Below, in pieces: positions 1 to 12,919 of a stretch of 64,000 nt of DNA. Where the stretch lies: positions 32,180,001-32,244,000 of the forward strand of contig CM059432.1 of the NCBI GenBank assembly GCA_030390025.1, in the 5' to 3' direction. A program made the translations under genes and the position numbers. The notes beneath the pieces are model-generated. The model saw only the letters and a program-made list of their open reading frames with translations, was not told the DNA's origin and ran no database searches. Position 1 is the first letter of the stretch, and every line of letters begins with the position of its first letter. The DNA is from Squalus acanthias (taxonomy: Eukaryota).

Positions 1-380
1 GGAGGAACATCCTGTTCCCCTCAGGGGGCCAGAAAACCCTCCAGATAACACCTTCGCCTCCAGTGAGAACGGGTCGATGAGTAGGTCAATGCCAGGAGCT
101 TAGCTCCTTGGACATGACTGCAATGCAGAAAGAAGATCAATGACCTCGCCAGAGGTGTCAAGGTAAGAATCTTATCTTTCTCCTCACACCTGCAGCCTCA
201 CTACTCACAATAGTCTCCTCCCACGTTTCCTTAACTCTCCCACAATGACTGCACCACACTTTGCAGCACTATTGCAACCTTCACCTCACATTTTCCATGC
301 TACGTATGAACTATTCGACCTTGACAGCCACATTCTCGAAACACCTCACAAGGATGTCATAAAACGCACCCTTCTATCTT

Positions 381-2285
381 AAAATCATAGAATCGTACAG
401 CATAGAAGGAGCCAATTCGGCCCTTCGTTCCTGTGCCGGCTCTTTGAAAGAGCTACCCAATTAGTCCCACTCCACTGCTCTTTCCCCATAGCCATGCAAT
501 TTTTTCCTTTTCAAGTATATATCCAATTCCCTTTTGAAAGTTACTATTGAAGCTGCTTTCACCACCGCTTCAGGCAGTGCATTTGCGATCATGACTCGCT
601 GCATTACCAAAAATTCTCCTCATCGCCTTTCTGGTTCTTTTTGCGATTATCTTTAATCTGTGTCCTCTGGTTACCGACCCTCCTGCCCGTGGAAACAGTC
701 TTCTTATTTATCAAAACCCTTCATAATACACAAATCACTAAAATGAGCGACACAGGTTGTTAACAAGGCCATAAAAAAAGCAAACATAGCTCTGGGATTC
801 CTTTCTAGAGGGATAGAATTGAAAAGCAGAGAAGGTATGCTAAACTTGTATAGAACCATGGTTCGACCACATTTGGAGTATTGTGCACAGTTCTGCTCTC
901 CATATTTTAAAAAGGATATAGAGTAACTGGAGAAGGTACAAAAAAGATTTACAAGGATGATACCAGAACTGAGAGGTTATATCTATCAGGAAAGGTTGAA
1001 CAGATTGGGGCTTTTTTCTCCAGAAAAAGGGCTGAGAGGTGACCTGATAGAGGTCTTTAAGATTATGAAAGGGTTTGATAGGGCAGATGTAAGAAGATGT
1101 TTCCACTTGTAGGTGAGACCAAAACTAGCGGCCATAAATATAAGATAGTCACTAATAAATCCAATAGGGAATTCAAGAGAAACTTCTTTACCCAGAGAGT
1201 GGTTAGAATGTGGTACTCACTACCACAAGGAGTAGTTGAGGTGAATAGCATAGATGCATTTAAGGGGAAACTAGATAGACACATGAGGGAGAAAGGAATA
1301 GAAGATTATTCTGATAGATTTAGATGAAGAGGAGTGCAAAGAGCATAAACACAGGCATGAACTGGTTGGGCTGAATGGCTTTTTTCTGTGTTGTACATTC
1401 TTTGTAATTCTATGTAAATTTTAAACACCACTATTAAATCTCCCCTCAACCTTCTCTACTCCAAGGAGAACAACTCCACCTTCTCTACTCTCTCATTCCC
1501 ACATTACAACAGTAACTACACTCCAAAAGTACTTCATTGGCTGTAAAGCGCTTTGAGACGTCCGGTGGTTGTGAAAGGCACTATATAAATGCAAGTCTTT
1601 CTTTCTTTCTCCACATAATTGAAGTCCCTTATCCCTGGTACCATTCCAGTAAATCTCCTCTGCACCCTCTCCAAGGCCTTGACGTCCTTCCTAAAGTGTG
1701 ATGCCCAGCATTGGACACAATGCTCCAGCTGAGAATTAGCCAGTGACTTATGAGGCTTTAGCACAACTTCCTTGCTTTTGTACTCTATTTATAAAGCCAA
1801 GGATCCTGTATGCATTTTAACAGCCTTGTCCTGCCACCTTCAAAGATTTGTGTCTGTGAACCCCCCAGGTTTCTCTGTTCTTGCACCCTCTTTAAAATTG
1901 TAATAATTTAGTTTATATTGCATCTCCGAGTTTTTCATGCATCAAAATGCATCACTTTCCACTTAAATTTCATCTGCCATCTATCTGTTTATTTCACCAC
2001 TCTGTTCGTGCCCTCCTGAAGTCTGTTACTATCCTCCTCAATGCTTACTACAATTCGGAATTTTGTGTCATCTGTAAACTTTGAAATCATGAACGTATCC
2101 CCAAGTCCAGGTCATTAATATATATCAAAAAGAGCAGTGGTCCTAATACTGACCACTGGGGGGACACTACTGTATATTTCCCTCCAGTCTGAAGAGCAAC
2201 CCTTCACCACTACTCTCTGCTTTCTGTCTCTTAGCCAATTTCATATTCACGCTGTCACTGCCCCTTTAATCATGTGGGCTTCTAT
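381..2285 (-). mobile_element. CR1-clade LINE 3' fragment, interrupted by a second CR1 and a SINE tail
   Basis: atcatagaat tail at ~384; ORF 1534-1764 LEHCVQCWASHFRKDVKALERVQRRFT; decayed RT sequence runs to ~2285; SINE 3' end at ~1495-1605. Confidence 0.85.
730..1417 (+). mobile_element. CR1 LINE 3' fragment nested antisense inside the previous CR1
   Basis: ORF 1097-1327 FPLVGETKTSGHKYK..RNFFTQRVVRMW; ends in a ttctatgta tail; the host resumes at ~1417. Confidence 0.85.
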
Positions 2286-2383
2286 TTATTTTGAATAACA
2301 ATGTCACGCACAACATGCAGCAGGAGGCTGTGACCGGAGGAGGATAAGTCCACCTACCTGTCCTCTCCCCCGTGGAAGATGAC

Positions 2384-3390
2384 TTTTTTTATTCGTTCAT
2401 AGGATGTGGGCATTGCTGTCAAGACCAACATTTATTGCTCATCCCTAATTGCCCTCGAGAAGGTGGTGGTGAGCCGCATTCTTGAACCTCTGCAGTCCGT
2501 GTGGTGAAGGTACTCCCACAGTGCTGTTAGGGAGGGAGTTCCAGGATCTTGACTCAGCGACGATGAAGGAACAGTGATATATTTCCAAGTCAGGATGGTG
2601 TGTGACTTGGAGGAGAACTTGCAGGTAGTGGTGTTCCCATGCACCTGCTGCCCTTGTCCTTCTAGGTGGTAGAGGTCGCGGGTTTGGGAGGTGCTGCCGA
2701 AGAAGCCTTGGCGAGTTGCTGCAGTGCATCTTGTAGATGGTGCACACTGCAGCCACGGTGCGCCGGCGGTGGAGGGTGTGAATGTTTAAGGTGGTGGATG
2801 GGGTGCCAATCAAGCAGGCTGCTTTGTCCTGGATGGTGTCGAGCTTCTTGAATGTTGTTGGAGCTGCACTCATCCAGGCAAGTGGCTTGTAGATGGTGGA
2901 AAGGATTTGGAGAGTAAGGAGGTGAAACACTCGCCATAGAATACTCAGCCTCTGACCTGCTCTTGTTGCCACAGTATTTATGTGTCTGATCCAGTTAAGT
3001 TTCTGGTCAATGGTTACCCCCAGGATGTTGATGGTGGGGGATTCGGCGATGCTAATGCCGTTGAATGTCAAGGGGTGGTGGTTAGACTCTCGTTTGTTGG
3101 AGATGGTCATTGCCTGGCACTTGTGTGCCGCGAATGTTACTTGCCACTTATCAGCCCAAGCCTGAATGTCGGCCAGGTCTTGCTGCATGCCGGCATGGAC
3201 TGCTTCAATATCTGAGGAGTTGCGAATGGAACTGAACACTGTGCAGTCTTCAGCGAACATCCTCACTTCTGACCTTATGATGAGGGAAGGTCATTGATGA
3301 AGCAGCTGAAGATGGTTGGGCCTAGGACACTGCCCTAAGGAACTCCTGCAGCGATGTCCTGGGGCTGAGATGACTGACCTCCAACAACCT
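2384..3390 (-). mobile_element. LINE (CR1/L2 group) RT C-terminus and 3' UTR
   Basis: ORF 2445-3266 MFAEDC (degenerate FADD)..QQDL..W..KWQVTF..LGVTIDQKLNW; its 3' tail is shared with the second SINE family. Confidence 0.85.
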
Positions 3391-5130
3391 CTTATTCCCT
3401 TCTGTACTTCTATCTCATGCTACACATTCTGCATGATAAACTGCAGCTGCTTTCAGCAGACACTCATCTCTCTCTGTTCACCCTTCACTCTAAAATCTAA
3501 CCACTGTCCCTCTTTTATTTTAGTGCTGAAAATATCGAGGCCACTTTGCCAGTTCAGGAAGTGGAACCCAGCCTTCCTGAAGACGCAACGTCACTCGATC
3601 TGACCCAAGCAACCACCAGCTGAAAGACTGGCACCACACGTACTTTAGAGGGCAGTCTGGGTGAGGGGTCTTCACATGATGAATCATTGGGCAAGTGTGG
3701 AAGAACTAGGGCAGGGGGACAGGACTTCACAGGTGCCAGCTCTCAGGAAGGCAAGATCACATACTAGCTCTACTGCAGAGAACTTAGATGCTGACCTTGA
3801 GGGCACAGGCTGATGGGCATACACCAGGAAATACTAGGTGCACTGGGTAGCCTGCCAGCGAGCTTGCGTGCAATGACTCACTGCATGGAGGAGTCCAGCT
3901 CCAATTTCTGTTGGGGCTTCACGCAGAGCATGGAAACCAATCTGTCCAACGTGGAATGAGTAATTAGCTCCATGAACATGTCCTTGCTACCTGTTAGTGC
4001 CATGATTTGCTGTGCAAGCTTATCATGTGGCGATAGGGCAGGCCAATTTCACAAAAGGGACCTAAAGCAAGCATAGGACACTTACTTAAATATTATAATG
4101 AACGTTTTTAATAATTTTGGGGCTTGTCTGAGATGCCTACAATAATCTAATATGGCGGGCAGCCCACTTCTGGCACAGAATGAGAACGTACACACCATCT
4201 GCTATAATGGATCTTTAGGTGCCCGTTTTACACCTGTAATATGGGCACAGCATGATCAAATTACTAGGCCCATTAGTTTTGGAAAATATACCATTTTTGT
4301 GGCAACACAGGTTGCACAGCAGGAATTCAAACTTTGCTTACATATGGTGTTGACCTCTGTTTAGTGTCTCCAGTTTCTGACTGCGTTGGAGACAGGGGGC
4401 AAAGAGCAATGGTTAACACTGCACACGTACAGTCTTTTCAGCCTCCCCTAATAGGGAGTGAGTAGCTTCTAAGCAAATCACATTAGGAACATTAAGCCGC
4501 TTTATCTCTAGTCTATTCACTGCAGCTTCAAGTTAGTAAGTTTAGCTCAATTATTAACAGATGAATATGTACAAATATGAGCTGTACCTTAAATCAATGG
4601 ACTGCAATGCATTGCAGTTAAAAGGGCATTGCACTCACTGTGAATATCTAGTAGCATTTATGTACACAAGATTTTAAATGAACAAGCCTCAAGCAGGACT
4701 AAAGATTAGAAGCAACTTCACTCATCACAGAGTAGTCCCAATGTGAAACATAATCCTAGCAGAATTCTGAGACAAGAAATTGGATAAAGCTATGGTTAAG
4801 AACAGCATTAGTGATTATAGGGTAAGTATAGACTGTGATTGTTAAATACTCCGTAGGACATTGTGGAACAGGAAGGGATGTTGACTGAATGACAGTAGGC
4901 TAGGGTTGAGTAGTGCAGCCATGAGGATAGATCAATATTCTGGAGTTTTGTTTGACTGATATGGTTTGGTCAAATTGTTTGGGGTAGAGTCTGTGATAGA
5001 GTAGATTGCGCATGGTCTGTAGAAGGAGTTGATCTGGAAGGCCTAACGGCCTTTTCTCAATCCACTTTTTCTTCTCTTCTTAAAATGGGATTGATATCAT
5101 CCACAATGAAACGCTGCCATTTGATTCATT

Positions 5131-5297
5131 GGGGTCGATTTTCCTCTTCAACGCCGGGGTGGTGATCTGACGGGGCGGATCGCACGCCCTTTATAGAACC
5201 TGAAATGAATAGAATGAAAATCAGGTTGCTTCTATAAAGGGCGAGAGCTTCGTCCCACCAGATTACTCCCCAGGTAGACAGAGGAAGATCTAACCCC
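5131..5297. mobile_element. Short palindromic MITE (Harbinger/Tourist-like)
   Basis: Ends ggggtcgattttcctc / gaggaagatctaacccc; flanks att / atc (degenerate 3-bp TSD). Confidence 0.6.
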
Positions 5298-5659
5298 ATC
5301 ACTGAAAAAGATAAAATAACATACAAAAACATCTAAAATTCAACCACATCACATAACGTTCCCACTGGAGTAGATAATGGATCCAACGCACGTTAATATT
5401 CCTGTCGCTAACACAGATTTTTGGACCATGTTACTTGGGTAACTGTGATAATTCAGGCCTATTAGTGCTGCATTTTTCTTTTCTGTACTCCTCTCATCAA
5501 GTGCTAATGCATGGGGACAAGTTCAGCGATGGGTATATTTATCAGACTCAAAGCCAATTCAAGGTTGCTCACCTGTTATGGTGACTCTAGATGACCTTGG
5601 GTTGATCACAGGTCCTGGCAATGGTAAGAACCCATTCAAATGTCTGCCCTAACAACATA

Positions 5660-5995
5660 TTCTAGGTTGAAGCTCCAATGCAGTACTTAAGGAATGCTAC
5701 ACTATTGGCGGTGCTATCCTTTGGAGCGGATGTTAAATCAAGGCCTAATCTGCCAGCTCAAAGAAGAGTTCATACTGCAGTGGACCTGTTATCTCCTGGT
5801 GCCTTAGCCAACATTCTTCCCTCAACCAACAGCAGTTCTTCTCATTGTTGTTTGCAGGATCTTGCTGTGCGCAAAATGGCTGCCATGCTTTTCTACATAC
5901 CAATTATGACTGCATTTCAAAAATAATTAATTCATTGCATGTGAATTGCTTAGGGATGTTCTGATAAGGTGCTGTATAAATGCAAATGTTCTTTA
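5660..5995 (+). mobile_element. Degenerate tRNA-derived SINE (family A, DeuSINE/SacSINE1-like)
   Basis: ttgctgtgcgcaaaatggctgcc core and tataaatgcaa tail shared with 51623-52081. Confidence 0.7.
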
Positions 5996-6384
5996 TATAG
6001 ATTGCCACAGAACTGGTTTCCATAACAATCAAGAGGGGAGGGCTGGGCTTAAATGCAGGACTACTAACACCTGTTAAACCATACTCCAATATGAGTTTCA
6101 TCCTCCAGGGGCAGGGAGATAAGTGGAGAGAATGGAAAGGATGTGGTGTTCTTTATCATTGTTAATCTATTTCTTTTCCACTGTGAATGATGCCCCCAAT
6201 TGGCAGTGAGACATATTTCCACTTTTTTTTACCCAGTGTCAGTATCAAAGACCCCAAGGTCAGGTTTAATAAAGTAGTTGCTGAGTTATGCTGAGGTAAT
6301 GTTCCACAGTACTGGTCTCCATCCAGTAGAGGCCCCAAGTTGTCATTCTTCATGTGTGAGGCAAGGTCTCATCTAAAGTCTTTG

Positions 6385-7380
6385 CAACAATTTGCCTTCC
6401 TATAGTAGCTTTAATGTAAAGAACGTCTTAAGGTCTATCACAGAAGACATATGGAAAACAGAGGCCAGGCCAGGGAAAGAGAAATTAGCAGGGTTGACTT
6501 GAGCAAACTTCATCAAAGAGCCGGGTTTTGAGAAGCTTTTTAAAGAGAGAGAGGTTCAAGGAAGGAGGGGTTTAGGGAGGAAATTCCAGAGTGTAGGACT
6601 CAAGTGTCTGAAGGGTCTGCCACTATCAGTGGGACGAAGGGAGTGGATGGCCCATAAAAGACTAAAGTCAGATGAATGGGATGTTCGGGAGAAGGGTATG
6701 GAGCTGGAGGAGGTTGCAGAGATCGGGTGAGATGTAAAGGCAAGAATTTTAAATTTGAGGCATTAGCAATGGGGAGCCAGAGTAGATGAGTAAAAATAAG
6801 GGTGATGGGTGAGTGGGATCCTAGTGCGGATACGATATATGCAGCAGGATTTTGAACAAACTAGAATGTATTGGGGAAGGGCAATGGGAGAACAGCAAGG
6901 AGAGCATTGGTGTAGTCAGCTTTGGGGGAGACAGAAGCATGTATTGAGGTTTCAGCGGTGGAGGGGCTGGAACCTTGATACATGCGTTTGTCACGTCCAG
7001 GTAGGGCTTGAGGCGGATTATGCTGCAGAGGTGGAAGTATGGAGAGGAGATGTGGGTTGAATTTCAACTTGGCGTCCAACCACACTCTCAAGTTGCAAAT
7101 AGTCCGGTTCAGTCTAAGACAATGGGTGAAGAGGGGGTTGGAATCTGTGGCAAGGGAGTGGAGTCTGTGGCAAGGGCTAAAGGCAATGGCTTCTGGCTTC
7201 CCAATCTTGAGCTGGGGAAAGTTAAGGCTTATCCAAGACTGGATATTGGACAAGCAGTCTGACAGTACAAAGACAGTCAAGAGTAGTGATGGAGAGCTAT
7301 AGTTGGGTGTCATCAGCATGAATGTGGAAGCTAACCCCATATATCCAGATGATATCACCGATTGGCAGTATGTAGATGAG
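6385..7380 (-). mobile_element. Degenerate L2-clade LINE 3' region
   Basis: ORF 6861-7358 LSDCLSNIQSWISLNFPQLKIGKPE..NLRVWLD..DYTNALLA (L2 RT C-terminus). Confidence 0.75.
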
Positions 7381-8429
7381 CATATACATCCATGCTACAA
7401 CTTACCCAGGAATAAGTTACTCACTGGAATCCAATCAAGAGGTTCAGCAGGTAAAAGTATACAGCACAGGAAGATCCCAGATTCAGTTCAAGATGTAGCT
7501 GGTCTCAGCTAGAGCAACCTTGGGACACCATAATTGAATATAAAGGGAAAACAAGCCTGGGTTTGACTCCTCGATGCCATATAGTGGCCTCTGATGGAAA
7601 GTATGTGTGTGTCTATGTATTGAATTGTGATGGCTCCTGAAGTTGAATATGCAGACTCACACATGAAGAGTGACTGTTTGGCAGCTGTGTTTAGGGCAAG
7701 CTGACATCTATAGAAATATAATGGGTTCAGGAAAGGAGAGGGGAAAATTGAGAGGGCAATGTTGATGTGCAGATATCTTGAATTTATCTGTTTCTGTCTC
7801 ATCGAACATTATCATGTAGTTGAGGTTTTTGTGCCTTCTGAAATCAGTTAAACAATAGATTTTATTATAGAGGAAACTAGGTAAAGTGCTACAGTGCCGG
7901 ACATTAAAAAGAGTAGGAGTGAAGATGAGATCAATCACAAAGTAGTAGTTAAGTGACGACAATTTGGGTTCAAGAGCCTGCAATGTTGTAGGAGAAAGGA
8001 AATGCTGAGGGAGGTGAGACGTCCCATAATATTAAGGGCCTGGGAAAGAATTTGAGTTTGAGTAGGAAATGATGTGGCATATAAATGCATGTTATTGTTG
8101 TTGTTGTTGTTGATTTCAACACAGTGAAGAAGGAACAACATTGAATCACTCTAAATTCACAAGCATGGGGAACAAACACCACAGGGAAAGCCCGCTTCTA
8201 ACTTTCTGTAGAAGTGAAGTAAACAAATTTTCTTTGACATCACAGCAACAGGCCTTTTATGCCAACCAGTCCATGTTGGTGTTTATCCTCCATCGCGGTA
8301 GTCCTAATCCCACCATAATAACCAGATCTTCCACCACCAGCGCCAGTAACAACAACCTGCATTTATATAGCGTCTGTGTGTAAAGAAAAAAGTCACAGAC
8401 AGTCTCTTTCATAAGGAACAAAGATAAGA

Positions 8430-8670
8430 TGAGCTCAAGTCTGTTGTGAGTTTAGCCCCCACGCCAGGATTTGAGTACATAATCCAGGCTGACGCTTCAG
8501 TGTACCACAGAGGGAGTGCTGCAGTGTTAGAAGTGGCATCTTTGAGCTGTGGTCCAGTCTGCCTGACCAGATGGATGTGAAAGATACCACGGCACCCTTC
8601 AGAACAAAGAGTTCTGCCACTCTCCCGGCCAATATTTATCCCTCAACCAACATCACCAAAACCAGATCAT
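8430..8670 (+). mobile_element. SINE family A 5' half (followed by a minus-strand CR1 3' UTR to ~8925)
   Basis: aggctgacgcttcagtg..gagggagtgctgcagtg matches 51714-51750 in the same orientation. Confidence 0.65.
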
Positions 8671-8925
8671 CTGCTAGGAACAGAGGAGTAGGCCATTGAG
8701 GTCCTTGAGTCTGTTCCGCCATCCAATGAGATCATGGCTGATCTGTGACCTAACTCCATATACCTGCCTTTAGCCCATATCCCTTAATACCTTTGGTTAA
8801 TAAAAATCTATCAATCTCAGATTTAAAGTTAACAATTGATCTAGCATCAATTGCTATTTGCGGATGGGAGTTTCAAACTTCTACCACCCTTTGTGTGTCG
8901 AAGTGTTTCCTAATTTCACTCCTTC

Positions 8926-11255
8926 AAAAGCAAAATACTGCGGATGCTGGAAATCTGAAATAAAAACAGAAAATGCTGGAAATACTCAGCTGGTCAGGCA
9001 GCATCTGTGGAAATAGAAACAAAGGCTGGAATTTTGCCTACCTGGGCGGGCCTGGTGTGGGCGGTGGTCATGGCGGGTCGCGACCCGCTGCTGGCTCCAT
9101 CCCGCTGCTGAAAACGACTTTCCCTTAATAGGGCCTATCTGGAGTCACCGAGCAGCTGGAGGTGGGAGACAAAGCGAGGGGGACATCTCAGCAACCTGGC
9201 TTACAGCTACATGGCATACATCAGTCACTCATATGGGCACTAATGTCAACAGCCACTGAATGGTCATTATGTGCATAATGGTATCTGTACCCATTCTTTA
9301 TATGACACATCTAACTCATCTCTTTACTCTCCCACAGATCCATCAAGAGCCGCCCCCCCCCCCCCCCCACTATCCAGGAGGAAGAGGAAGATGACTCCTC
9401 AGAGGAGCCTCCAGCCTCTGAGGGCGCACCGTCACCAGACATAAACGCAGCCAGCACCAGCGCAGATACGCACACCTGGGTGGGTGCCACGCGAGATAGA
9501 GTAGTGTTGTCACCTGGTGTCTCACAACTCATAAGAGAGCAAGAGCAGATGGTGGAGACAGGGACAGCAGTGGAGACTCCTTGCCGGAGGGCGCAGGATG
9601 CTCCCAGCTCTGCTCAGCTGCATGCAGACTCTGAGCCTCGGGGGCCATCCAGAAAGAGGGCGATCCTGGAGGTGCAGGAGGAAGTGCAGGGGGCTCTGAC
9701 AGGTTTTGCCAGCACGATGTCTGCAAATGTTCAGAGAATGCAGAAGTCCATCTCCAACATGAGCACCACCGTGTCACAGCCGATGGCGACTGTAGGCTCC
9801 TCCATGGATAGGATGGCCACCTACATGGAGCAGCTAATGCGCCACGCACAGGAGCACATGGTCTCTATGGAGAATCGATGGCTATCTATGGAGGATAGAT
9901 GGCAATGTATGGAGAAGAGATGGCAGAGGCTCATAGACCTCCTCTCTAGGAGGGATGTCAGCATAGACGTGGGTCCTCATGGCCCCACTGACGTGCAGCA
10001 AGGTGCTCTCCAGCTCCTTGACAGCAGAAAAGTGAGCAGGCTGCCTCTACATCTGCTGAAGCCACAGGGCTAGCACCTCGTAGAAGCAAGCGGGAGAGAA
10101 AGATGACACACAAGTAGATTCACAAGGGTAGCCACTTGGGTGTTTTATCCAATGTTTATGTAAAATTTCTGTTAATGTGCTGTCAAACATAAAAATCTTT
10201 ATTTTCAACACTTTCCAGTATTGGACAGATTTGTGTGCACCTTTGTAAGTGGCTTAGTGAGTTGCAGTGAATGGTGAGACATAATCATATCATGGGATCA
10301 GCCTTGATCATATTGAATGGCGGAGCAGGCTCGAAGGGCCGAATGGCCTACTCCTGCTCCTATTTTTCTATGTTTTCTATGTTTCTATAATGGTACCTCC
10401 AGCAATGGTGGTGAGTGTGAAAGGAATGGCTTGGTCATTGCAGGGATGCTTTATGGTGTTGCAGTGGGGTGGGGCCAACCTGGCACATCTAGTGACAGCC
10501 ATATAGGTGTACAGCATCAAGTGAAGTAAATCTGGCTATGAGGAGGCCATCCCTGGCCTCCCAGGCAGAAATGTGCTCGGGTGCTGATGCCCTCTGTCCT
10601 GCGCAGCATCAGGTGGTTGCGAAGAAGGTTGGTGGTGTTGTTGTTGTTGCTGCTGGTGTTGGGACTCATCGTGGTCAGATTCTGAGGACCAAGGTGAGAC
10701 AGTATGAATGGCATCCATGCTGATGGAATAGATGCCAGGTGAAATAGAGATGACAGAAGCGATCTGTCAATGATGAGAAAGGTTCTTCCAATGAGGTGAC
10801 ACTGGATGGAGACTTTGCTGGAAAGACTGCAGCCTGCAGAATCTGTGCTGGGAATGGAGAACCAGCTTCTACTGAGAAAAGTGATTATCAGTCAGGGGGA
10901 GCTTTTACTGTACATTTGATGCTGTCAACTAATCAGCTGGAGCAATGGCCACTGAACTCCCGCCTCACGTGGTTCCCGTGGCCATCCAGTTAAATTTAAA
11001 AGGTAAGGTTAAAACCACTCTTAAGTGTCTGACAACAAACTAATAATCTTTTAAATTGGGTCGCCCTCCTCTGCCGGTTGGGTTGGGTCTGCGCCTGGGG
11101 GAAAGGCACGTGGGAGCAGGGTGACAGCGGGTTGCCGACCCGCTCCCAAAAATTACAACTTTCCCACCCGACCCGCCTCCGATTGCGCCTGCTACCACCT
11201 TGGAAAATTCTGGCCAAAGTTAAAATTTCAGGTCGATGAACTTTCATCAGATCAA
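8926..11255 (-). mobile_element. Penelope-like pseudo-LTR fragment (family 2), split by a Harbinger insertion; occupies 8926-9023 and 11216-11255
   Basis: aaaatgctggaaatactcagc..gcatctgtgg..aaac|..|gtt..tttcaggtcgatgaactttcatcaga matches the pLTRs at 21260-21356 and 33090-33158. Confidence 0.75.
9024..11215. mobile_element. Non-autonomous PIF/Harbinger element (internal deletion derivative)
   Basis: TIRs ggctggaattttg / ggaaaattctggcc; AAA TSD at 9021-23 and 11216-18. Plus-strand exon-like ORF (acceptor ctcccacag ~9339, ORF 9480-10073) converges with minus-strand transposase-like remnants (10520-10718, ..REARDGLLIARF-like C-terminus). A CR1 tail is inserted at ~10295-10388. Confidence 0.75.
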
Positions 11256-11334
11256 TCAGTAATCTGGAGTCTGAGGAAACGGCAGGGTCGTATGTCTGGA
11301 GGACATTATCTAACTAGATGCAGGAAAAGAAAGA

Positions 11335-11685
11335 AAGACATGCATTGTAGCACTTTTCACAACCTCAGGATGTCCCAAAGCGTTTTACAGCCAATTGGCG
11401 CGCAGCAAGGTCCCACAAGCAGCGATGAAATAAATAACCAGATCATCTGTTTACGGTGTTGGTAAAGGGATAATTGTTGGCCAGGACACCAGGAGAACCC
11501 TCCTGCTGTTTTTTGAATAGTGCCGAGGGTTCTTTTATGTCCACCTGAGAGGGGCAGGTAATTTAACGTCTCCTCTGAAAGACAGTGCTGCACAGTGCTG
11601 CACTGAAGTGTCAGCCTAGATTATGCGCTCACGTCTGTGGAGTGAGGCTTGAACCCACAACATTCTGACTCAGAGTCAAGCGTGC
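11335..11685 (-). mobile_element. SINE family A
   Basis: Reverse complement of the tRNA-like head (cttgaacccacaacattctgactcagag) and of the tail. Confidence 0.8.
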
Positions 11686-12919
11686 AGACTCTGTGATTTG
11701 AAAGCAATGTCAATGATCTTTAAGTGGATAATGATGTAATATATAAACAGGAACTGATACTAGTGCATATTTATGAGTAACATTTTTCTGACCACATGTT
11801 CTGATTTAAATATAAACTAGCATCATTCTATATTTGAGGGTAAGACTCCTGAGGACCAATCTTGATCGATGGAATATTGGCAGGCTGCATAATGGACATG
11901 CTGGGGGTGAGATTAGTTTTCGGCAGTAGCACAAAACGGGCTCATTGCAAATTGGCAGCCTTCAATGGAAAAGAAAAGCGGTCACTATTCCACCATGACC
12001 TGCTACCTGCCACAGACTCTCCCCAAACCCCAAACCCATTCCCCAGCCCCTGGACTGGAGTGTAAATCAGCCAGTTGTGTTGCTTCTGAACACTATCTAG
12101 TGACTCCCTAGTGGAAAGTCTATACACGCCGACATGGAGTGAGGGTTCAAGCAAGCACAGCCATAATGTTCACTCAATGGTAAAGTAGCCTTGCCAACGC
12201 TCGCTGTCCAATTGAGGAATGCCCACTAGAGTCATGGTACCGGCAGGCCGTGGGCACCAGCGGAACCCAGTACAAGCTGATGGCATCAGAGGAGAAAATG
12301 GGGGAGATTATTAGCGGTAAAAAAAGAGGGAGTCTCACCCTAAGCCTGCCCAAAACTTAGAATCCAACACTAATTGCCAGTGATTTCTTAAATGCAAGAG
12401 CACAGGCAGCTTTAAATGAGCACTGACTGCTTCAGTAGTCAGCTCATTGAGCACCACAGCTATAAATAGCTGCCGGGCTGCCTGCTCCAATTCAACGATG
12501 CTGTGTATTTTTAGACTGCACCTGCAGACAAAGCAGTATCAGTAAATGCAACCCGGCTCATCTCCAGCCAGGAAATCAATGGCCCACAGTACCATTCCCA
12601 GCAATTGCTGGACTAGAATATCTTAGTGGCCACAGATTAGGCGATGGAATTATTGTAGACTCAGCTTGATGAGAAATCTCGGATTTTTTTTACATCTTTT
12701 GAATGGGAGGCAGACAGATCCTCCTTGGGGTGACAGAAGTAACTCAAATGTCAATGAAAATACCTGTCGATAAATTATTTCTCTGTCCGGAAGTATTGAC
12801 TGCTGTGGCGGTGTTTTTTTTTACTTTGCATGGTACACTCTACTTAATGAGTAGCTTTTTAAAGGGAATGTTCACTTAAAGAGATACATTTTCTCAGACA
12901 AATGAAGGAAAAAAACAAA

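Larger units (their letters stand above)
1..4271 (+). mobile_element. Decayed PIF/Harbinger element carrying a spliced Myb/SANT-like gene, split by LINE insertions
   Basis: Exon 1 (~1-162) reads ..VNARSLAPWT*LQCRKKINDLARGVK followed by a gtaag donor (Myb/SANT-like motif). Exon 2 (~2295-2383) reads VTHNMQQEAVTGGG*VHLPVLSPVEDD. Exon 3 starts at ~3524 after ttttattttag and matches 46420-46260 on the minus strand. TIR-like aaattactaggccc ends at ~4271. Confidence 0.7.

Noticed and set aside
12459..12470. MEF2/TATA-like gctataaatagc
   Set aside because: An isolated short motif expected by chance, with no supporting context.
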